Origin: Patescibacteria group bacterium
GTDB taxonomy: Bacteria > Patescibacteriota > JABMPQ01 > JAQVVF01
DNA: 64,000 bases
Assembly (NCBI GenBank): GCA_028699085.1
Contig: JAQVVF010000002.1
Coordinates: 68,557-132,556, forward strand
Direction: 5' to 3'
Shown: piece by piece, positions 59,429 through 64,000 of the stretch
Layout: each line of letters starts with the position of its first letter
Numbering within the stretch: position 1 is the stretch's first letter
Made by a program: the position numbers and the translations under genes
Notes under the pieces: model-generated
Told to the model about the DNA's origin: nothing
Seen by the model: only the letters and a program-made list of their open reading frames with translations
Databases searched by the model: none

Positions 59429-60082
59429 CTACAATATACATTTTACAATATTTGTTGCTTGATAAAGGCCTTTTACAGTAAAATTATTCAGTTCTGCTTT
59501 CTCTTCTGAATATTTACCGCCTGGTCTTTCAATCTTGATTGCTACAATATATGGAAAACCTCTTTTTATATAATCAATGTTATCAGGCACATCTTCTATG
59601 ATTGCAATTTTTTTATCTCGATGCTCATTAATCACATCTTTCAATACATCTTTCATAAAACTGCCATCGCCTTCAGTCACAATAATTTTTGAGAAAAAAC
59701 CATTTATTTGGCAACTATTAATTTTTGCCTCTTGGAATCTTTTTGTCCCTAATGAAACTAAAAATAGCTCACATTCATCCTTGATACTCTCCAAGAATGA
59801 AATGACATCATCGTACAAATAAGTTTTTGAATTTGAAACAAGACCGTTTACTTCAGCCATTAGGCTTTGAATATCCGTAATCTCACCTTCCAAAAGTCTC
59901 AAATGCAAAGCAGGATCATAAGGCCTTTTTAACTTTTTTTTAATATATGTGTAAGTTTGTTCATATCTTTCAGAAGACACATTATAACGCATAAAAATAG
60001 TCTTCAAATGCCTCTTGAAAAGCTCGGTATTGAATATGGTATGATCAAAGTCTAATATTACTAATTTATCCTTTTTTAACAT
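59429..60082 (-). CDS. HAD-superfamily hydrolase
   Basis: LVILDFDHTIF (DxDxT motif I). Confidence 0.55.
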   Translation of the reverse strand: MLKKDKLVILDFDHTIFNTELFKRHLKTIFMRYNVSSERYEQTYTYIKKKLKRPYDPALHLRLLEGEITDIQSLMAEVNGLVSNSKTYLYDDVISFLESIKDECELFLVSLGTKRFQEAKINSCQINGFFSKIIVTEGDGSFMKDVLKDVINEHRDKKIAIIEDVPDNIDYIKRGFPYIVAIKIERPGGKYSEEKAELNNFTVKGLYQATNIVKCIL

Positions 60083-61056
60083 AATTTTAACAAAATCTTA
60101 GCTAACTTATTTGGATCATGATGAATCAGACTTCGCTTCAAAATATCGCCTTTTTTCTTTTCTTTAAGCTTGCCCAATAAATCTGCACCAACAAATCCCA
60201 ATTTGGATTTACTAGCTGAGTATTCAACAAAGCTTTCCTTTCTTTTTTTGTATTCTGTAAGGACTTTTTCATCAGGTCTCACATTATTATATAACACAAA
60301 ATCTATTTTTGAGCCAGAATATTTTTTGACAATACTAACATGTTCCTGAACACTAAAATTGTTCGTCTGCCCCCACTTGGTCATTAAATTACAAACATAT
60401 ACTTTTTTAGCTTTACTAATCTTTAAAGCATTAGCAACTCCAGGAACACACAAGCATGCCACAACCGATGTATACAAATCTCCAGGTCCAATTACAATTA
60501 GATCAGCATCCAAAATTGCCTTCACAACCTTAGAATTAACCTTAATTTTCGGCTCAATCCAAGCTTTTTCAATCTTCAATTTGCCCTCAAATCCAACAAC
60601 TTCATCAATTAAAGTTTCAGACTTTATAATTTGCCTATTTTCAAGCTCAATACATAAATTAGCTCTCTTCAAGGCAACAGGAAATATATCAGCCTTAATT
60701 TTTAATTCTTTTTTCAATTCATCAATCGCTTTTTCAATATTGTTATTTTTTTCCTGCAAATTAGCAATGATAATATTCCCCAAATTATGGCCTGCCAATT
60801 TTCCTTTTTCAAAACGTAAATCCAAAATCTCTTGCCATTTTTTATTTTCTGGCATCAAAGCCAAAATCATCTTTCTCAAATCTCCCATTGGCAACAAATC
60901 TATATTTTCTTTCAATAATCTACCAGTTGATCCCCCATTATCAGTAATTGGATAAATTCCTGTTAGTTCACAATTTTTTGCATTTTTCAAACCACCTAAA
61001 ACAACGCTTGCTCCTGTTCCACCGCCGAGATAAACAATTTTCTTGACTTTTTGCAT
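60076..61056 (-). CDS. yvcK: YvcK/CofD-family (UPF0052) gluconeogenesis factor-like protein
   Basis: VYLGGGTGASVVLGGL and ITDNGGSTGRL motifs. Confidence 0.85.
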   Translation of the reverse strand: MQKVKKIVYLGGGTGASVVLGGLKNAKNCELTGIYPITDNGGSTGRLLKENIDLLPMGDLRKMILALMPENKKWQEILDLRFEKGKLAGHNLGNIIIANLQEKNNNIEKAIDELKKELKIKADIFPVALKRANLCIELENRQIIKSETLIDEVVGFEGKLKIEKAWIEPKIKVNSKVVKAILDADLIVIGPGDLYTSVVACLCVPGVANALKISKAKKVYVCNLMTKWGQTNNFSVQEHVSIVKKYSGSKIDFVLYNNVRPDEKVLTEYKKRKESFVEYSASKSKLGFVGADLLGKLKEKKKGDILKRSLIHHDPNKLAKILLKLC

Positions 61057-61113
61057 AGAAATGTAATTATGTAGAAAGTTAACGATTCCACCTTAGACAG
61101 AAGGAGAGAAAAA

Positions 61114-61338
61114 ATGCAAACGCGCAAAAATCTCCAGATATTTCTTCTCGTAATTGAAATCCTCTTAATAATAGCAGTCATATACCCAATCGCCCTTTCA
61201 ATCTTTAATTTCGTAACAAAGAACGAAAGTATCTATCAAATCGCCAGCAACAATAGTAATTTAATACCTTTGTACGGTTCTTTTATCCTCTTAATTTGTG
61301 GAATTTTTTATGCAAGATACGATCTAAAAAAACAATAA
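61114..61338 (+). CDS. Small two-TM membrane protein (hypothetical)
   Basis: 74 aa; preceded by AAGGAGAG RBS 7 nt upstream. Confidence 0.4.
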   Translation: MQTRKNLQIFLLVIEILLIIAVIYPIALSIFNFVTKNESIYQIASNNSNLIPLYGSFILLICGIFYARYDLKKQ

Positions 61339-61417
61339 CCAGCCCTTTCTCAACCTCATCCGAGGTTTTTTTGTATTCGAAAATAAATTTGATTTATTCG
61401 AAAAATTATTAGAGTGA

Positions 61418-63235
61418 TTATTCCACTGTTACGCTCTTTGCCAAATTCCTCGGCTTATCAACATCCAAGCCTTTTATTTCTGCCATATGATAAGCCAAAA
61501 GTTGTATTGGAATTACTGTTAGCAAAGGCTCCAACATTTCCAAAGTTTCTGGAATATAAATCACATCATCAACATATTTTTCGATTTCATAATTATCTTC
61601 TGTTGTTACAGCAATAATTTTTCCTGATCTTGCTTTAATTTCCTGCATATTGCTAATTGTTTTATCATAAACACTATCTTTTGGCGCTACAAAAACGCAT
61701 GGAAATTTTTCATCAATCATTGCAATTGCGCCATGTTTCATCTCGCCAGCAGAATAACCTTCGGCATGCACATAAGAAATTTCTTTCATTTTCAAAGCAC
61801 CTTCCAAAGCTAATGGATAATTGAATCTTCTGCCTAAATAAAGGAAATTTTTATAATCACGATATTTTTCCGCCAAGTTTTTTATTTTATCATTTTGTTC
61901 TAAAATCTTTTTGATCTTTTCTGGAATTTTTTTAATCTCGGAAGCTATTTCTTTTCCTTCCATAAAAGACAAATTTCTCACTCTACCAAATTCCAATGCC
62001 AAAATTGCTAAAACTGTAATTTGCGCTAAAAATGCTTTTGTAGAAGCAACTCCAATTTCTGGTCCAGCATGAACAAACACTCCGCCATCAGTCTCACGCG
62101 CAATTGTTGATCCAACAACATTAGAAATTCCTAACACCTTAATTCCTTTTCGCTGAATCTCTCGCATTGCTGCAATCGTATCAGCTGTCTCACCAGATTG
62201 CGAAATCACAAAAACCAAAGTATCTTTATCTAGTAAAATTCTTTTGTAACGTAATTCTGATGCGCATTCTGCCTCGCAAGGGATAGAAGCACATTCTTCA
62301 ATCATATATTTCCCAACCAATCCAGCATGCAAAGCAGTACCACAAGCAATAAAAATAATTCTTTTAACCTTCAATAATTCTTCTGTTGTTAAATTCAAAC
62401 CGCCTAAATGCGCAATACCTTCTGAAGGAATAATTCTTCCAGCAAAAGCATTTTCCATTATTTTTGGTTGTTCAAAAATTTCTTTCAACATGAAATGATT
62501 GAATCCTTTCTTTTCTGCTAAATCAGCTTCCCAATCAATTTCATGTATTTTTGAATCAACTTTTTTATCATCAATTGTAATTGTATAGAAACCATCTTTT
62601 GTGATTTCCACAATTTCATTTTCCTCAATAAAAACTACTTTTTTTGTGTATGGCATCAAAGCCGTCGCGTCAGAAGCAAAATAATTTTCGCCCTCGCCAA
62701 CTCCCACGACTAATGGACTGCCATGACGGGCTGCTACAATTCTATCAGGTTCTTTAGATGAAATTACAACAATTCCATATGTTCCATCAACACAAAGTAG
62801 TGCACGCCTTACTGCCTCTTTTAGATTTCCTTCATAATATTTTTCAATCAAATGCGATAATACTTCTGTATCAGTTTCTGACCGAAATTTATGGCCTTCG
62901 TTAATTAATTGTTCTTTCAATTTCGCAAAATTTTCAATAATGCCATTATGAATTACTGCAATTTTTCCTTCACAATCTAGATGCGGATGAGCGTTTTGAT
63001 CAGTCACTCCACCATGAGTTGCCCATCTTGTATGACCCATACCAATTGTTCCAACAAGATTTGTCATTTCCAAATTTTGCCCAATTCTTCCAACACTTTT
63101 TACAAAATTAATTTTACCAGAATCTACAGTTGCCAATCCCCAAGAATCATACCCGCGATATTCTAATTTTTTCAAACCATCAACCAAAATTGGCGATGCT
63201 TTTTTATCTCCGATATAAGCAATTATTCCACACAT
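61418..63235 (-). CDS. glmS: Glutamine--fructose-6-phosphate aminotransferase
   Basis: MCGIIAYIG N-terminal nucleophile Cys, two SIS domains, 605 aa. Confidence 0.97.
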   Translation of the reverse strand: MCGIIAYIGDKKASPILVDGLKKLEYRGYDSWGLATVDSGKINFVKSVGRIGQNLEMTNLVGTIGMGHTRWATHGGVTDQNAHPHLDCEGKIAVIHNGIIENFAKLKEQLINEGHKFRSETDTEVLSHLIEKYYEGNLKEAVRRALLCVDGTYGIVVISSKEPDRIVAARHGSPLVVGVGEGENYFASDATALMPYTKKVVFIEENEIVEITKDGFYTITIDDKKVDSKIHEIDWEADLAEKKGFNHFMLKEIFEQPKIMENAFAGRIIPSEGIAHLGGLNLTTEELLKVKRIIFIACGTALHAGLVGKYMIEECASIPCEAECASELRYKRILLDKDTLVFVISQSGETADTIAAMREIQRKGIKVLGISNVVGSTIARETDGGVFVHAGPEIGVASTKAFLAQITVLAILALEFGRVRNLSFMEGKEIASEIKKIPEKIKKILEQNDKIKNLAEKYRDYKNFLYLGRRFNYPLALEGALKMKEISYVHAEGYSAGEMKHGAIAMIDEKFPCVFVAPKDSVYDKTISNMQEIKARSGKIIAVTTEDNYEIEKYVDDVIYIPETLEMLEPLLTVIPIQLLAYHMAEIKGLDVDKPRNLAKSVTVE

Positions 63236-63398
63236 AATAATAAAATTTAAAATTAATACTCAACCTGTTAATTCATAATATTATATTTTTTCATCTATTT
63301 CAAGACACTTGTCCGCCAAAAATTTTTGACAAAAACAAATAAAAACCGGCCAAAAACCGATTTTTTTAATTTTCTTCAAAATTTTTTATTTTTAAGTT

Positions 63399-63974
63399 TT
63401 ACTTTTTTATCACAACCATCGCTTTTCTGCCATTCAAAATCGGATAAGGATTTGATTTGCTAGTTCCATCAATAAAATCATGAATTGAATCAAACAAATT
63501 ATCAAAAGTATATCTGAATTTAAATCCTTGCCATACTCCTGGATCATTAGTAATAAAACCATTCTCATCAAATCCTACAACCACTAAATTATGATAAACA
63601 GGTCCTGGAGCTGTAAAATGTGGATTAGCTAGCAATTGACCAGCAGTTGGCACTAATACTGGATTGCCTTTTGCAACTTCTTCTTTAATATCATCAATCA
63701 TAATATCATATTTAACTTCCACATTCTTATAACCATAATATTCCTTAGCTAATTTGGCAATATTTTCAGCCTTCAAATCATAATGTCCGCCCCAATTCTG
63801 CATTTGCCAATCTACCATATCTAAAATTTCCTGATTTGCCACATTCTTTGGCATTTCTTGATTAAAATATTCACCTTTTAGATAATGATCGATCATCATT
63901 AAAGAGGCTTCCTCACAAGCTTCTTGCCATGGTTCTGCCCAATTTTGATAAGGCGCTTGACAAGTAAAAGGCAC
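63399..63974 (-). CDS. Papain-like / C39-like cysteine peptidase domain protein (N-terminus may lie beyond the window)
   Basis: FTCQAPYQNW...CEEASLMM Cys-containing N-terminal motif and distal His/Asn-rich region; weak call. Confidence 0.35.
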   Translation of the reverse strand: MPFTCQAPYQNWAEPWQEACEEASLMMIDHYLKGEYFNQEMPKNVANQEILDMVDWQMQNWGGHYDLKAENIAKLAKEYYGYKNVEVKYDIMIDDIKEEVAKGNPVLVPTAGQLLANPHFTAPGPVYHNLVVVGFDENGFITNDPGVWQGFKFRYTFDNLFDSIHDFIDGTSKSNPYPILNGRKAMVVIKK

Positions 63975-64000
63975 CTCTAAATCACAAGCTTCTGGAATCA

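Overview
Low-GC (about 30-35% by eye) compact bacterial chromosome segment with short intergenic spacers, GTG/TTG starts and ribosomal proteins carrying terminal extensions. This style is consistent with a small-genome Patescibacteria/CPR-like organism, but that placement is inference only. Most genes run on the minus strand. From the left edge: S10/spc ribosomal protein cluster (rplE fragment through rpsJ, 1-6585) and tuf. The str operon (rpsL-rpsG-fusA-tuf) is interrupted by inserted genes: a PLDc_N-like membrane protein and a collagen-like (GXY)15 membrane protein between rpsG and fusA, and an orphan Phd/YefM-like protein between fusA and tuf. rpmB and a large FG-GAP-repeat surface protein are on the plus strand. 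A heliorhodopsin-like 7TM gene sits next to a TerC/DUF475-like membrane protein. A DEAD-box helicase has a structured leader. tRNA-Pro(GGG) is followed by a compositionally atypical accessory islet (23.9-28.8 kb): lipoprotein, GC-rich tandem Cys-motif ORFs, M20 peptidase and a 573-aa unknown protein. Further genes: ndk, GT4 and GT2 glycosyltransferases separated by a tandem heptamer repeat, a split and translationally coupled ComEC, ftsZ, ftsA, dgkA, ybeY, rpsU, hisS, lepB, an LCP protein, der, pth, mfd, dprA, topA, rel, parAB, tRNA-Leu(CAA), glyA, tsaC, a small Ada-type Zn protein, a nucleotidyltransferase, an atypical-GC P-loop kinase, a HAD hydrolase, yvcK, glmS and a C39-like peptidase at the right edge. 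No CRISPR array and no clear transposase/integrase genes were seen. No dnaA is present despite parAB.
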